Shown here one piece after another: positions 11,210 to 24,842 of a stretch of 64,000 nt of DNA (its first letter is position 1; each line of letters opens with the position of its first letter). The notes beneath the pieces are model-generated. The model ran no database searches. It was not told the origin of the DNA and worked only from the letters and a program-made list of their open reading frames with translations. A program made the position numbers and the translations under genes. The stretch is from Haplodiscus bocki (taxonomy: Eukaryota), in NCBI GenBank assembly GCA_965655095.1, contig OZ296652.1, positions 91,946,001 through 92,010,000 of the forward strand. The letters are read 5' to 3'.

Positions 11210-11975
11210 GACTGTGAAAAGTAAGGGAGCAAAATTAGTTGCGGAAGCAGGTAAACTTTACCGCGCGTACTTTTTATCGCCCGTTTCTGCGTGTAATCAG
11301 CGAAATTTCACCTGCCGTTTATCTCAGCGCATCTCTGAGAAATTGACATAACGTAGTCGAGAACAATAGAAGACCATACTTGTAGCCAATAACCATCACT
11401 CGTTTTGCCATATTTTTTCTCAGTTCCAGTACAGAAATGGAAGGTCGCCGAAATTGAATCTACATTGTGCATATCGACCTCTAAAATGTGAAGAAACAGA
11501 TATTCCCAAGAATGCTAGTATATAAGTTTCCTATTATTGGGATGTTTTCCTGCTTCAAACTCCTTTTATCTCTCGCTTTTTGGCTACAAAAGTAGTTCAA
11601 CTTTTTATCTTGATTTTGAAGGTTGTTAAAAGTGTTCACCAAAAGTTAACCCGTCAAGTCTATCAAATTGATTTTTTCAAAATCAAGTTGTTTTTCGGAA
11701 AAGCCAGAGTGGGCAGGACGCTTAACCCGGTGTCCCTGTAGGGCTTAACTTGTAGCTATCTGTAAATATGCATGAGAATCGTGAGCAAATTTACCTGCCC
11801 CTTCACCGCATGTGAAACTCGTATATCTCATGTTGTCCATGCCGCGGATTAGCAGGTAAACTTTTCTGCTACTACATGTGCAACGTGGTAAATTGCATCT
11901 GGAGCCGAAACCCATACGGCCGATATCTAAATTTGCCTGCCCTTCTATATAAATTAACCTGCGCCGCCCTTACAG
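11210..11975. repeat. Decayed repeat/MITE carrying multiple GCAGGTAAA / TTTACCTGC motifs in both orientations
   Basis: Motif near 11248, 11307, 11790, 11852, 11932 and 11953. Possible weak termini GTAAGGG...CCCTTAC. Confidence 0.35.
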
Positions 11976-12505
11976 TATTCTTCCTCAAAATCGCAAAAGT
12001 CATTAAGAGATCAAAATTTTATCACTGATGCAAATAATAACATTGAAAACTAAATCTCAAAAAAAATTGCTCCGTTTCAACCAATCTACAATTTATTACG
12101 TTTCGGTGAAGCGGTAGATTAATCAAAATCGTTAGAGTGGCTAACAATCCTTAGAGATTAAACTCAACATCACGTGCTTTTGGAACCAGGGCCTGACGGC
12201 CTTTTCTGCAAACTGAACAAAATTTCAATAACATGCTGCAGTTTGATCAGTTTACGTAAAATCGATTTCCGATTAGGCACTGGACGAGTAATAAAATCTA
12301 TAGTTTAGGGAAAAATCTGATGCTAAAATCGACTAAACTGAAGAGCCTGTCTTTTTGTAGATAACTTCGGAGTATCTCAAAGTGGAAAATGGTATGAAAT
12401 CAAAAACAAGCTTGAGTTTACATAAACTAAACTGGATAGCCTTTTTTTAAGCCTAGATAAAACAACAAGTAGGTTGTTCAGGAAAACGCTTTTTTGAAAA
12501 TTGAC

Positions 12506-12827
12506 TACCCTAGTTGAAACGAAATGCATTTCTTTTAACATTCTTGCAAGATTTTTACAAGATCTTGGAAGATAATGCATTAATCTTACAGAATCTTGCA
12601 AGATGTTACAAAAAAAACAATCTTGAAGATTCTGGTAGACTAGGCGTTTCTTGCAAGATTCTTAGAAGATTCTTGGAAGAATTACGTTTTCTGCAGAATT
12701 TTCGCAAGATTGGCATCGTCTGCAAGAATCTTGCAAAAAGTAAATTTTTTTGCAAAAATCTTTGAAGATTTTTTTTCAATAATCTGGAAGAATCTTGCAA
12801 GATATGTATTTATGTTCATCGAAGGTA
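12506..12827. mobile_element. TA-flanked MITE filled with the palindromic decamer TCTTGCAAGA
   Basis: Left end TACCCTAGTTGAAACGAAATGCATTT pairs imperfectly with right end TATGTATTTATGTTCATCGAAGGTA. More than 10 internal variants of ATCTTGCAAGA. Confidence 0.6.
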
Positions 12828-15800
12828 ATTTCGACTTCATATAGTTTTGACGCAGAAATTGCACTAACATTACTGCAAAGTAACATTAAAAATCAAAAAT
12901 CTGACTCACACATTGTGACTCAGCCCTCTTGGAGGGAATGCGAGTCTGCAGTATACAAGCCAAATTTTACAAAAATCGAATAAATTCGACATTATATGCT
13001 TTTTATGCAAATTTTAGGTCATCATTTTTGCATAAAGTGAATCTCCTCAACGTTGTTCACTTAAGACAATCAATACATTAAACTTTATAACTAGCCGTAG
13101 ATCAAAAAATTGTGTCAATTGGGTATGAGAGAAACCTTGCTGAAGCCATATCGACGTCAGTTTTTCTTGTAGCACTAGTTATTTCATTATTTGTTGAAAA
13201 ATGAAACAAGTTCTCAAAAAAAACTTCTGCTTTAACCATCAACGGTTGATAAGTTCTCGGTTATCCAGCTCTAGATAGAGAAAATTGGCTCAGTAGTTTT
13301 TGAGAAAAACATTTTTGGTTAACGATTGAACATGATTTACACATATGATTTTGTTGCAATATTTATCGTTGAAAGAAACTTATAATATGCTCCTGCCTAA
13401 TCAATCCAAAAATAATAGGTGTTCGATTAAACTGTGAATGAATGAAAGACAGCGTTTTTTACCAATTTTCCAATTAAAAATTTTTAAAAAAACGAAAAAA
13501 GTATACCTTTAATACTCCTTAAGATTTGATCTCATTTATTGAGCTCAAATGTAAAAATCTTGTTTGAAATTTAACTTTTTTTGTACAATTTAAGTATTTT
13601 TTCCAAAAACTAGTCGGTAATCTTCAGAAACTGAATAAGAGACACTCAAACGTATCTAAAGATGCGAAACTTCCTTTTTTATTTTATGATTCTTTCAAAG
13701 ATTATAATAAAACTTGCAGATTTTGGTAGAGGCTGGACTTTTCTTCCACACTTTTGCCTCAAAACAATTAAAAATTCCACTTCACTAAGGGTCTTCTAAA
13801 TTTCCCAGAAACCAAAAAAATTGAAGCAGAAAAAATTTTGGAGTTTTTGCATTTGTACTTTTTTGGTAACTGCGAAATTCTGGACTTCATCAAAAAGTTC
13901 AAAAATGTCGTCGAAGTGTAATCTCGAATCTGATGCTTCAGAGACTTTCTCATTGCCACCTTAATCGAGGAGGCTGGCATATAAATCCCCAAAGAAGATT
14001 TCTTCCCGGGTCAAACTTTTTCCAAATCGCTGTATTTTTTCAAGATTGCCTAAGTTTGATGTTTGCACCGTTAGCAACTTTCTTTGGTCCATCTATACTG
14101 CGTTGTCTGCCAAAATGTGACTACAGGCGATAGCCTGCCCGAAAAACGTGTAACTATGTTGATGTGTTCGCAAAAAAATGCCGCTAATATTATATCAACT
14201 GGGTGTCCGAACATAAACTGCAACAACTCTCATTTCAAAAACTGACGTACATATTCGTACCAAATAAAGTAACACATATTTTGAAGAAATCTCGCAAATC
14301 TGATAACCCTAATTGTTTGAAAACTTTGTTCGCAAAGTGGACAATCAAGCTTTTTGTTGGAAACGTGATTCTTTCGTTGAAGTAACGCCATGAGTTCATA
14401 AGCTGAACAAAGAAATTATTCAGAGTCTGATTTTCTTGACTTTTTCCAGAAATAACTTCTTTCGTTTCACGAAAGTCTGGAAGGCACAATCAGTCCCCCT
14501 TTCAAAAAGATTACATTTGTTATTGTCCGTTTTCGCCTTTATTTTTGCAAAAGGTGCTGTTTTAGCCTTTTTTTCCACGAAACACCCATTTCTTCTTACT
14601 TTTTTAACCAAACAATTGACAAAACTGGACAATTTGTCGTTTTGTTCTCAACCTTTTCACGTTGGTGTTGAAGAGAAATACGAGGTTTCCGAAGCAGCGG
14701 ATTCGAGATCCCATCTTGGTCTCACTTTTTTAATGTTTTGTTAAACTCTTGTGCTTCCCAAACTATATCAAAAACATATTGATGTATAAAAATTCAAAAC
14801 TGAATAAAATATTCTGCTTATTTAGAATGAGTTTCAGTAAAATAATGACGTGTTTCTTCCTAGACACCATACCGTTGTTGGAGTGTTAGAAGCAAGTCTA
14901 TCACGGTCAATCGGACATTTTAAAATGTATTCTTCGTTTAAATTGAACATGTTTTCCAAGACTGTAAAGTTTCTGTCGGGCAGCAGGGATTGCTATTTCC
15001 TGCTTTTAATGCGAAATATCAGGCGTTGTAATTTGAAAACTAATGAAAAGTTTAGTTGCGTAGAGTGTTGATCGGATGGCATCCTTCCAGTGTCACTTGA
15101 ATTTTCGCTACACAAAAGTTCACAGTGTACCAGGATTGCCTGGCTATTGCTTTTTTTGCGGATGATCTTGTAATTCGAAAGACGGAAAATTTATCGTTTG
15201 AGTCCTTCGTCAAATTTCAAATTTTAAGGATTTTGGCGGTACTTCGTCCGTGTAGCGTAATTTTTGTTGCCAATCCCAATCGCATGGGCGGCAATCTATC
15301 CACTGTTTGTGTTTTACAGAAAATAATTGCTACCACATCTTCCGTCTTATTTCAGATCGAAAAGTGTCCTGACCATAGGTCTCATATCTTTTCATTTTCT
15401 TGTGTTCCAAGTCCACAGGTTCTAGGTTTGCTCTAGGTTCTTGGGTGCTTGTACAGCAGCCCAGGCGCAAAACCCTTAGTCGTTGTCAAAGACTACCAGT
15501 AGCATTCCGACCATCTAGTGCTCATTCAAAATCGGCCAGAAAGTTAATTTGCAAAGTTTGGTTGATGACCTGTGCTGCATTTTTTGGAGGAAGTTTACCT
15601 TTCCTAAGATTCGAAACGTTTTAAATTTACGTTCTCTTTCGAGGAGTTGTGTGGGCGAGTGAGGATTGAAGTGTCTGTTTTTTCCCTCCCACTCTGTTTC
15701 GATAGGAATTTCTCAATGTACTTTTCATTATAGTGTGTTATTTTTGGCAAAATTATTCGAAACTTCTTGGAATATGTAAAGAAAATTCGGGAATTTTTCC

Positions 15801-17374
15801 TTAATCAGTTCAAAATTCAATGTGAAAACAGAAAATTTTGCAATAGGAATGCTTTGCAACCATAACCGTACCTAATTTGAATCCTGGTAAGTAGGACTGC
15901 TTTTGAACAACTATTTTTCTTTTCTCTGCTGCAGTTGAAAGTTTCCACGTGAAATCTGCCGTTTTATGAGTTTCCATCGGTGGGCAATTCTATTCCTCAC
16001 TTTCATCGTAAGTGTTGCGAAATACAGCTTGCTCTCAGTGTTTCACGACACGATCAGTTGAATTGAGCTATTGGAAACAGCACTGCGCCTAGCACCAGCA
16101 CATTTTTTCCAGATACGTTTTGAGTCGGTAATTATATGGGTGTAAAATTTGCAATGCAGAACTTAATTGTATGGTCAAAAGGTTAAGTCGTAAGTCCACC
16201 GAACGGAAAGTTAACGGTTCGAATATCTGTGTATTCCATAGTAATATTTCATTTAAACTCAAGCAGGATTTCTATTTATTTCAAGAGCAAGAATTATTGG
16301 CGAAACGTCTCCGAAAAAAAAACAGAAAAGCGACCGCACCGATTGAATAAGGTATCTTCCATTTTTCAAAAATATGATCATCGGAGCCATTGTCTATTAT
16401 GCTGAAAAGAACCCTTTGGTATCTTCAAAAACGGAATGATTGAGAACTTGAAAAATCCATTTTAAGTTACATCCGCCAGGTTTCAAATGAAAATAAGCTA
16501 ACAATATTTGCTCCTGTTTAGAAGGCGTTTCTATCAAATAAAACAAACCTGAAAGTCGCGTTGGAAAAGTAAGGCCGAGAACGTGATAGAAAGTTCATTT
16601 TACTGACCCGAAGTCAAGTTTCTCGGAGAGTGCTGACGCCAAGAGACCTTCAAAACGGTCTCACATCCTTTGGCGTAGAGGTTAATGAAGATGCTTCTGG
16701 AGCACCAGATACGAGATCCCACTTGAGGCATGTGTTTCAAATCCGTTCTTAATCCAAATTAAAAAGTGAACAGCGTAGCTCAGAATTTCTGGGAAGTTTA
16801 AAAGTGTAGATTTCCGATCAGCATGCAGCGCTTTCATTGTCAGTTTGTGCGATTGTCACAACCGCTCACTAGCCTTGGATTTTTCAGCGGCTCCCGTCAT
16901 TGAAAACCACAGCGAAAAAGATGTTTAAGCTAACTTATACAACAGAGCTTGGTGTTCATCAGCATTGGCTACATACAAGGAACTAACCAAACTCGAGACC
17001 TAATACAATTTACCAGTGCCCTTATGGTGCTCTTAAATTAGTTTATGTGGAATTTTAACAATAAAACCCATCTACATAACAGAAGGAAAAAGCCACATAA
17101 ATTACTATTCAAATTACACCCATTCACAGAATGCTGCTTAAAAATGAAACTTGCCTGAAATTCAAAAGTCATAAAGTTAAGTTGTCAGAATGAAATTTTA
17201 CCTTGAACAAAAGATTTGATCACAATTTATACAGCAATGTAATTTCATGAAGTAAAGTTAACTAAAGAGAGCCACTGTCATCGTTATTCACGCTAGTAGT
17301 AGAGGTACAAAAGTGAACAAAAGTTTTAATATTCCTCCGAATGAATCCAGCTTCAATTACAGCATAATGATATA

Positions 17375-17815
17375 GATATTTGAAAATTTCAGATAACGCG
17401 AAAAAATCCTCAAAAGACACACTCCATAAAAGTAGGTTAAAAAAACATGCTTTTCTTCAATCCCCAATAATCTTTTTCAAAAAAGCATGTTTTTTACTTA
17501 TTTTAAGGTAGTGCAGTTTTTTGACGATTCCTTTTGCGTACACAAAAATTTGCAAACATCCAAGACTAAAAACATATACACACTTTATAGCAATGGTATT
17601 TTTTCGAATTTTTTATGAAAAATTAGAAGTTTCTAATTTTTAATGTATGCAAAAAAAGTGAAAACCATGCCTTTCCTCAATCACAATACGTTTTTTCGTA
17701 GAAGCAAGGTTTTTACTTATATTCACTTTTGCTACGCAATATTTTACTTACTGACGTGCATATTTTCGCTTCACACAAAAAAACTACATGCTGTTAAAGA
17801 CTAGAATCATATACA
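17375..17815. repeat. Tandem dimer of a ~235-bp imperfectly palindromic unit
   Basis: Arms 17375-17458 and 17479-17560 (AAAAAACATGCTTTT / AAAAGCATGTTTTTT). A second unit spans ~17620-17800, and both units end AAGACTA(A/G)AA(A/T)CATATACAC. Confidence 0.6.
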
Positions 17816-19779
17816 CAAAAAAATTTTACTGGCCAACTCTATTGAGCATTTCTGGTAAAGAAGGTAATTCAGTACGTTTTTGTTGAGATACTCTGGCACA
17901 CCGATTCCTCCCCTCCCGTCGGGATACGCCACAGATGCACCATAACTGTCTAAAAGTGAGACGGGGGATAGATTGACTAGCCGTTTTAGGTGACCTTAAC
18001 CAGTCGAAACACAATAAATTGTTCCAAACTAGTATGAAAACTAACATTTAACATAACAACTAAGTTCTTTGTTTTTCAACGGTTTTGGTGGAAAAACAAG
18101 GTTTCAAATTATTGTATCTCCATCATAATAAATCGACAATCAAATATTTGAAAAAACATACTTTTTACTTCTCAGATGTGGGAAAGTTTGAAGGGCATAA
18201 ATTATCATTTTTTAAAAATTTATTGCATATATACCTATACATGGGAATAGGAAGTTTGTTTCATTTTCTAATTGTTTATTGTAAGCTTGTGTTCGTTATT
18301 CACCTACCTGTAAATCTGCAATTGGTGCTGATTTGGTGTAGCAGGAAAAAATTTAAACAAGAAAAGATGAAGATGCTTTGAAAAAATAGATTATCAATCT
18401 TTAAGAAACACCTCGTGATTAACTTTCAAAGATTATATTTGACTGAAACAAATGGATTTGATGTATTCAAAAATCATACAGTGATAAAATTGAAAAAAAG
18501 TGAAATTTTCGATGAAATGAAAAAAAACTTGAGAGAAAATATAGAACTAATCGATCTTGAAGGATTTAATGAATGATTGAGAGGAAAATTAGATAATTTT
18601 AGTTAAGGATACAACAGTAATTAAGTTGAAAAAACTTTTTGATGTGCTCTCATTTTCATATCTGTTTCGTTTGTATTAAAAAGAAAATCTTTTCATGAAT
18701 GAAAAAAGATGACGGTCCAAGACACTTCACCCAATCTAAAAGGAGGATTTGAACACATACATGAAATTGAAACAACTGAGAACATTGATGAGCACTATTT
18801 TGATGAATTTCTTTGAAGAAGACTAAAACAGTATATCAAACAAAGGGACATAGCATTAGAGTTAGTGGAAAAACAATAACGAAGTAACAGAAGAAACATT
18901 ACAAGGTACAAAAAACTGTAAAACCCAATCATTACTAACACAAGCTAAAAAGTTTTTTTAAAAAGTGGCGAAGTTACCAGCTTTTCAAAAAAGTTTCAAT
19001 GAAATGGGAGATGAAAACATGGAGCTATAATCCTCAAATAATGACTTGAGTAAAAAAATTCGGCAAACAAAATCCAGAAAAGTGTTAGTAAAAACTAGAG
19101 CAAAACAACTTAAAAAACTAAATAAAGAAAAAAGAGCTAATTTTCCTTCGGGATTGAAAAAATTATTCAACAAATCAACAAATCATAAAATAAGGACTCC
19201 GCGTAACTTTGGCTATACTGAAGAAGTGTTAAAAACCATAAGAACTGAGGACTCAAAAGAAAAACGTGAGAATCATGAGAAGCTAGCAACTACGAAAACA
19301 CAAAAAATGGAAAGACTTTTAAATGAAGTTTTCAATAAATTGGACAAAAATAAAAAGAAGGACAAACTCAATTCCTCGCAAAGTGAACAAAGAAGAAAGT
19401 GCGAAAACATCTTTTGCCGAAAAAAAAATAAATTAAGGAATGGGGCAGGGAGATATCGCTAGTAGCGAATCTGTCAAAAGCGCTAGTAGCACGTCTTTCA
19501 ACTAAGGAATTTTCAGAAAAAAACTTTATAACAAATACTTTGTGATAAAAACCTATTTGGTAATTGCCCCAGAGAAAATCAAGTCTTTGAACAGTACATA
19601 AACTTTGCCAGTGATTACTTTTCAGAAAAGTTTGAAAAGATATAAGAATGGATAGAAATGTTTACTATCTCTCCGATTTTGAATATGAAATATGAAAAAA
19701 AGTATACAACGTTTAAGTAAGAAAAAAAGTTCAGGAGAAAAAACAAAAACATGGTTGATATAAAACACAGAATGAAATT

Positions 19780-20300
19780 AACATGAGACGGATTTTCCAG
19801 AAAAGTAACTGAATGAAAAACTCTATCGAAATCTTAATACAGATTTTCAGACGTTGGAAGAAATTTAAAGAAAATATAAAGCCTTTTCTAGCGTCAAAAT
19901 TTCTATAAGAAACAACAGTTCACTTTCTGGTTTTTACGGAGATTATTTGAACAAAATCAAAAAACAACAGCAAGTTCAAGAAATTCTTCTAAAGTTTTGA
20001 TTAGAGTTGATTCTATTGTTATAAACGGATCAATAAGCACATCAAAAAAACTTAGTATCTTTGCAATTGTAGTGAAAATCAAACCAATATCAGCAGTTGT
20101 CGGATGTGCGGTTGCAATTACTACCAAATCATCAAGTTTTTTTAAAGAAGAACGAGAAGAAAAGTTTTTTGGCAGAAAACACTCTTTCAAGAACTCAGTT
20201 ATAGAATTTCGGAAAAGGTGTCAAAAAAAGGTAATACAAATGACCCGGCAGAGTATGAACTTTTTACTGCTATGTATATTCCATGCTAAAAAACGAAAAA
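19780..20300 (+). pseudogene. Hydrophobic-hairpin (membrane) protein relic of element 2
   Basis: A basic stretch is followed by VDSIVINGSISTSKKLSIFAIVVKIKPISAVVGCAVAITTKSSS, a decayed double hydrophobic segment. It lies just upstream of the capsid gene. Confidence 0.4.
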
Positions 20301-20369
20301 CGAAAAAGCTAAGTCTTTTTTGTGTCGAAATATGTCAGTAACAATAAATTTCACATTTACAGAAAAAAT

Positions 20370-21671
20370 GTTAATTTCAAGAAACAATAAAATTGCATCA
20401 AGAGAACTAATCAGATCAGATTAATAAAAACTTTTTCCGATATGATCTAATGGAGTAAACTATAAAATTTTTCATAAAAAAACATACATTATAGACGTTA
20501 ATGTAGTTTTGTTTCAATACAAAATTTACAACTTCATTCGATTTGAAGTAACACAAAGTTTTACTGCTAATACACATCATGCTAATGGCAAAAATTACAT
20601 GCTGAAAAAATCTCTGTCTTATTGGCCTTTCCAGTGAAAAGAAAAACTCACCACAAAATCCAGAAACCAACCCGAAAAAGTTGAAACTCTTGAAACTGCA
20701 GAATTAACGCAAGAATTTTCATCATCAACTGCTGGACTAAGTGAATTACTTTACTCTTTTAATAGCATAGTTGCAAGTAGAAGAAATGACTTAATGAATG
20801 AAGGGCAAGCAGATGCAGAAGGTTATCGTTGTAAAAGAATACGTTCGTTCGATTTCTTTGCTTTTTGCTGACCAAAACAAAATTACAAACGGACTAGATT
20901 ATAAAACTACTTTGAATTGTATTGAAAGCAGTATTGATTTTTTGAAGATGCAACAGTCGAGCAAGGGAAACTTGTTAAAAGAGAGACATCAACATTTTTT
21001 GGAAAACTTACACCAAGTCCTGGTAATCATCATTTAGTTGCAAATGAAATGTTTACTGAAATACAGACAGAATTGTGGTTTGAAGAACGTAGTGTTTCTA
21101 GAAAAAGAAACAAAACAAGTGCCTGCACTTTTGAATAAGGAATAGAACGCGGAAAAAACGTACCAACCTCTGTTTTTGTAGGATTTATGCATGATGATAA
21201 GAATGACTGACAAGTGCATGATAATTCCACATTTGATTGGTTACCAGTACCTTCTCCTGTTTATAGAGTTCAGTCAAATCGATATCCTGACACTTATAAA
21301 AACTTAGATCATCCAAACAAACGTTTTGTAGAAGGTTATTGCGGAATAGAGATTTTCCTTCTCAGACACAGTGAAGATGGACTAACAAAAGCATTCATAG
21401 ACATAAACTTTTTTGACGGAATATAAAGTTTTTATGCCTTTGATCTTAATGACCAAAAGAAATCATGATGCAAGGCCAAACAATTACTATGAACTTCAAT
21501 TTCTGTGACACAGCGCGTGCGATTAATGTTATAGATTGTTCAGTTTTTGAATTAGTATTACCTGAAAAGTTGGTTAGCATATGGTCAGAAGAGAGACGAA
21601 TGTTTGATTCAATAATATCGTTAAACAATCACAACGTCTTTATTTTCTTCAACAATCAAAATGAGTTTTGA
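20370..21671 (+). pseudogene. Major capsid protein (double jelly-roll/hexon-like) relic
   Basis: C-terminal pattern VGFMHDD...HDNSTFDWLPV...QSNRYPDTYKNLDHPNKRFVEGY...FIDINFFDGI*SFYAFDL fits Polinton MCP (YP...Y...YAFDL). Length ~1.3 kb; sits next to the ATPase. Confidence 0.55.
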
Positions 21672-21869
21672 TCTCGCTCGTTCGACGCGAATCGCACCCG
21701 ACGACAAATGGTATTGAATGTAATGAGTATCTGGATTTTGTTGACATTTATTTTATCAAGAAAAAATAAAAAAGTTTAATAGATACAATTACTAATATAA
21801 AGAAAAAAAGAAAATCATAGGGTTTGAAAAGTATATTCAGAGACCTAACTTACTTGAACATAAAAAACA

Positions 21870-22400
21870 AAAACACACAAAAAATGAAAGTGATAAATTG
21901 TCAATTGTAGATCCTGCTTTGCCCGGATGTTGATTATGGTTACTCGCTTCTGAGGAAAAACATTTCTTCGGTTGCAAAAATTCTCTCAGGAGAGCTTAAC
22001 AACTCAGATCGAAGAACCAAAACTTTAACCAGATCTCCCAATCAAAAATCCGATTATGAGACTGAAGAAGAAGTATCTACGATTAACGAATAGAGATATT
22101 GTTTTATTGTAATTTACGATATTTTACAAAATAGGCAAAAAAATAATTCTCGCGTGGTACACAGGATAAAATTGTTGTGTAATTATTATCGCAACGAAAT
22201 TTTGAACTGCCTCTATTAGTTGGAAATATTAAAACATTTATCATTTTACATAAACAAACTGCCAATTTAGTAAAGAGTTAAATCAAATTTATCGGTGGTT
22301 TTGATCAGAGTTATGAGTAATTTATTGAAATTTACAAAAAAATATGCAAAAAAATATCCTATAAACAACAGTTTTTAAGTTGAGTCAGTTTTTTTACCTT
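21870..22400 (+). pseudogene. A32/FtsK-like DNA packaging ATPase relic
   Basis: EEEVSTINE*RYCFIVIYDILQ (Walker B-like), SRGTQDKIVV*LLSQRNFELP (RGRH...SQ motif), then IILHKQT. Walker A is destroyed. Confidence 0.6.
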
Positions 22401-22699
22401 GAGCGAAAGCAAAACAGAAAATAATGATTTTCAACCTTTAACAAGACCTCTTGGAAAAAAATCAACTTGTTGCGAAAAAAGCACATTCTATTTGATGAGC
22501 TCACCTTTTGTTAAGCAATCATATTCATTTTATCAACTATCGCTGTTACTTCGGTACTTCTATATTTGGAACTGTTTCCACTTTTTTTCGAGATAAAGCA
22601 GAATTAACCTAAACACTAAGTCATTAAAATCAAAAGAAACATAAAAGTTTTTCAGGGAAGCCCTTTACACTCATTTTACTTTTATTTCCTCACTTTTTA

Positions 22700-23330
22700 T
22701 TCAAATGATATCTGTCTGAGTTTTCATCTCCATGCTTGAAGTCGCAAGTCAGATCCTTGCAAAAACATGTCAATAAATCTTCATCCATGAAGCTATCATC
22801 TTTACACGTTGCATCAGACCAAAGTAACTAGAATCTGAATCAGTTATTTTATAGAATTTCCCCAATCTATCGCTTTCATAAAATGTTTCATCTCCTTCTT
22901 TCATCGTAAATTTTTGAGAATTATGTGATCTTATGATCAGTCTATTGTTATCAATATGTGAAAAACGGAATTTTCTGAAATCAAAACATTTGCAATCGTT
23001 TCAACAAAACTACTGTTTAGTACATTTGAATTGATAAGACTGGTTTAAATGTCAACACTTCTTTGAGGTAATTCATCATGTTTTCCCAGTGCCTTAGGAA
23101 AAGTATTACCCATTTCTACAATACCAGTTGTTATTCGTTTTGTCGTTTCCTCAGCTGCTTTTTTCTGCCCTTCAATTGAAAGCTGAAATTTTTTCTCCAT
23201 GTCACGATAAACGTTCTCTTCCCTCAGTTTTCTATCAAATTTGTTGCTGAGCTACTCTACAGCTTCTCGGGAGTTTTTAAATTTTTCACAATTTTCTGGA
23301 TTCTTTATTATAAACATTCAGAGAAACAAT
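22700..23330 (-). pseudogene. Hypothetical protein relic of element 2
   Basis: Protein-like readings, e.g. RLIIRSHNSQKFTMKEGDETFYESDRLGKFYKITDSDSSYFGLMQRVKMIASWMK. No family recognised. Confidence 0.35.
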
Positions 23331-23375
23331 TCCAGAATGTTAATGTTAATAATTTCCACGATCGTTCTTTTTTAC

Positions 23376-23780
23376 CTAATTGCTCACAAAAAACGAAGCT
23401 TTTTCTTCATGAGTAAATTTTATAACAGGAGGAGCAGTTGCTGCAATTGATTTATCATTTCTACTTGCAGCAACGGTTGATGGATCTGCAGCAAACTCTG
23501 ATGCCCTACTTGGAATATTGGCATAGATATTAGGAAGGTTTTTTGCCTGCTTTTGCTGCACCTTCTCTTAGTTGCCCAAAATTCTCCTAATCCTTCAGCT
23601 TCTTGACGATTATCAGGAAATATTCTAGATTTAACTCTTTTACATAAACTACAATCACGCTTGAACAAAAGAATCTTTTTCCAGATGTCTTCGATAAACG
23701 ATAGAGCTCGGCTAATGTTAGGCGTTGATGAATAATGTCTACCTCCTATCGAATAGGAGCAGTTTTTGAATCTCTAGTTA
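23376..23780 (-). pseudogene. Homologue of the 63-533 Zn-ribbon/amphipathic protein
   Basis: GGRHYSST...DCSLCKRVKSRIFPDNRQEAEGLGEFW[fs]...NIPSRASEFAADPSTVAASRNDKSIAATAPPVIKF aligns with CSICNRKKSMIVSDNTIQAVGLGAFF...NPSLTLDITANIATAAASRNPKSV. Confidence 0.7.
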
Positions 23781-23809
23781 CTTGTCGTTTAGGATAAAGA
23801 AAAGTATTT

Positions 23810-24842
23810 GAATTGTTCAGAAAATCACTGTAAACGATGAAATTCACCCATGAAGATCGACAACATTACCTTCATCATCTTCCAGGTAACTTGCTATACC
23901 ACCGGTCATTACTCTACTTATATTTTTCCACAAAATTGATGTATGATCTTCATAAACTTTAAAACCTTGCGGCCCACTCAGACTGAAAAAAAGTGAAATA
24001 CTTATACGTCTACCATTTACAATTGTTTCTTTTTACTCTGATAAACTTTTTTTTCAGTGATAATCCTAGGTTTCCCTCCTCAATGTGTTCCAGAAGGATA
24101 TTCCATCTTTGTAAAGCCTAAAACATCACTGATTTTAGAATTAAAAATATTTCATGATATGTTGTTGAAAATATTTCTGTTGTTTTTTCATCGGAATAAT
24201 GTCCATCGCGTTCTTTGAAAGCCTTGTTAATGTCACTTACCTCATAAACTCCCGAAGTTAATTTATAAGTTCTCAATTTGGCTGGTAAAAACGAACCTAA
24301 CCTAAAATCCACTCAATTTTTTTGTTGGTTAATTGCTCTCGGTGATTACAATCAACAATTTCATCGATATACTGTCGTCCACAATTCATTGTTTTTTTCC
24401 CTCCATAATACACTTTCTGAAACTTGTGTAGTCAAGATCTGATAACTAAAAAGCATATTCATCAAGTCCATAATCAACATTTGTTTATTTATTTATCGTG
24501 TTTGTTTGACACTTCTATTTCAACTTTCAGCGTGTGTTCTCAACTTTTTTGACTTAAATTTACCTTAAAAAGTTCGAAAACCAGGGACTTATGTTCAAAA
24601 AACTAGGATCATATTGCATAAACTTGTCATTTGTTTCTGTTATGTTGTAAGCAGTTTCATAAATTTCTGAGTTTATAATCGCCATCGTCTATTTTTCAAG
24701 AATTTGTGAAGGTTTATCAGGATTGAAGTTTTGTATTGTTTTAGTCTTATTGATTTCACAGTTTCTTGTGTTTATGAATGGGTGTTTTTTTCTTTTTTAT
24801 GTCATGACTTTGCGATCTCCGGCAAAACAAATTCAATTTCAT
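23810..24842 (-). pseudogene. Minor capsid (penton-like) protein relic of element 2
   Basis: ...MAIINSEIYETAYNITETNDKF..., YKLTSGVYEVSDINKAFK and C-terminal GIASYLEDDEGNVVDLHG match both element 1 paralogues. Confidence 0.6.

Noticed and set aside
15125-15436. FADDL motif suggesting a reverse transcriptase
   Set aside because: No upstream QGxxLSP or D..KAFD motifs in any frame; likely chance.
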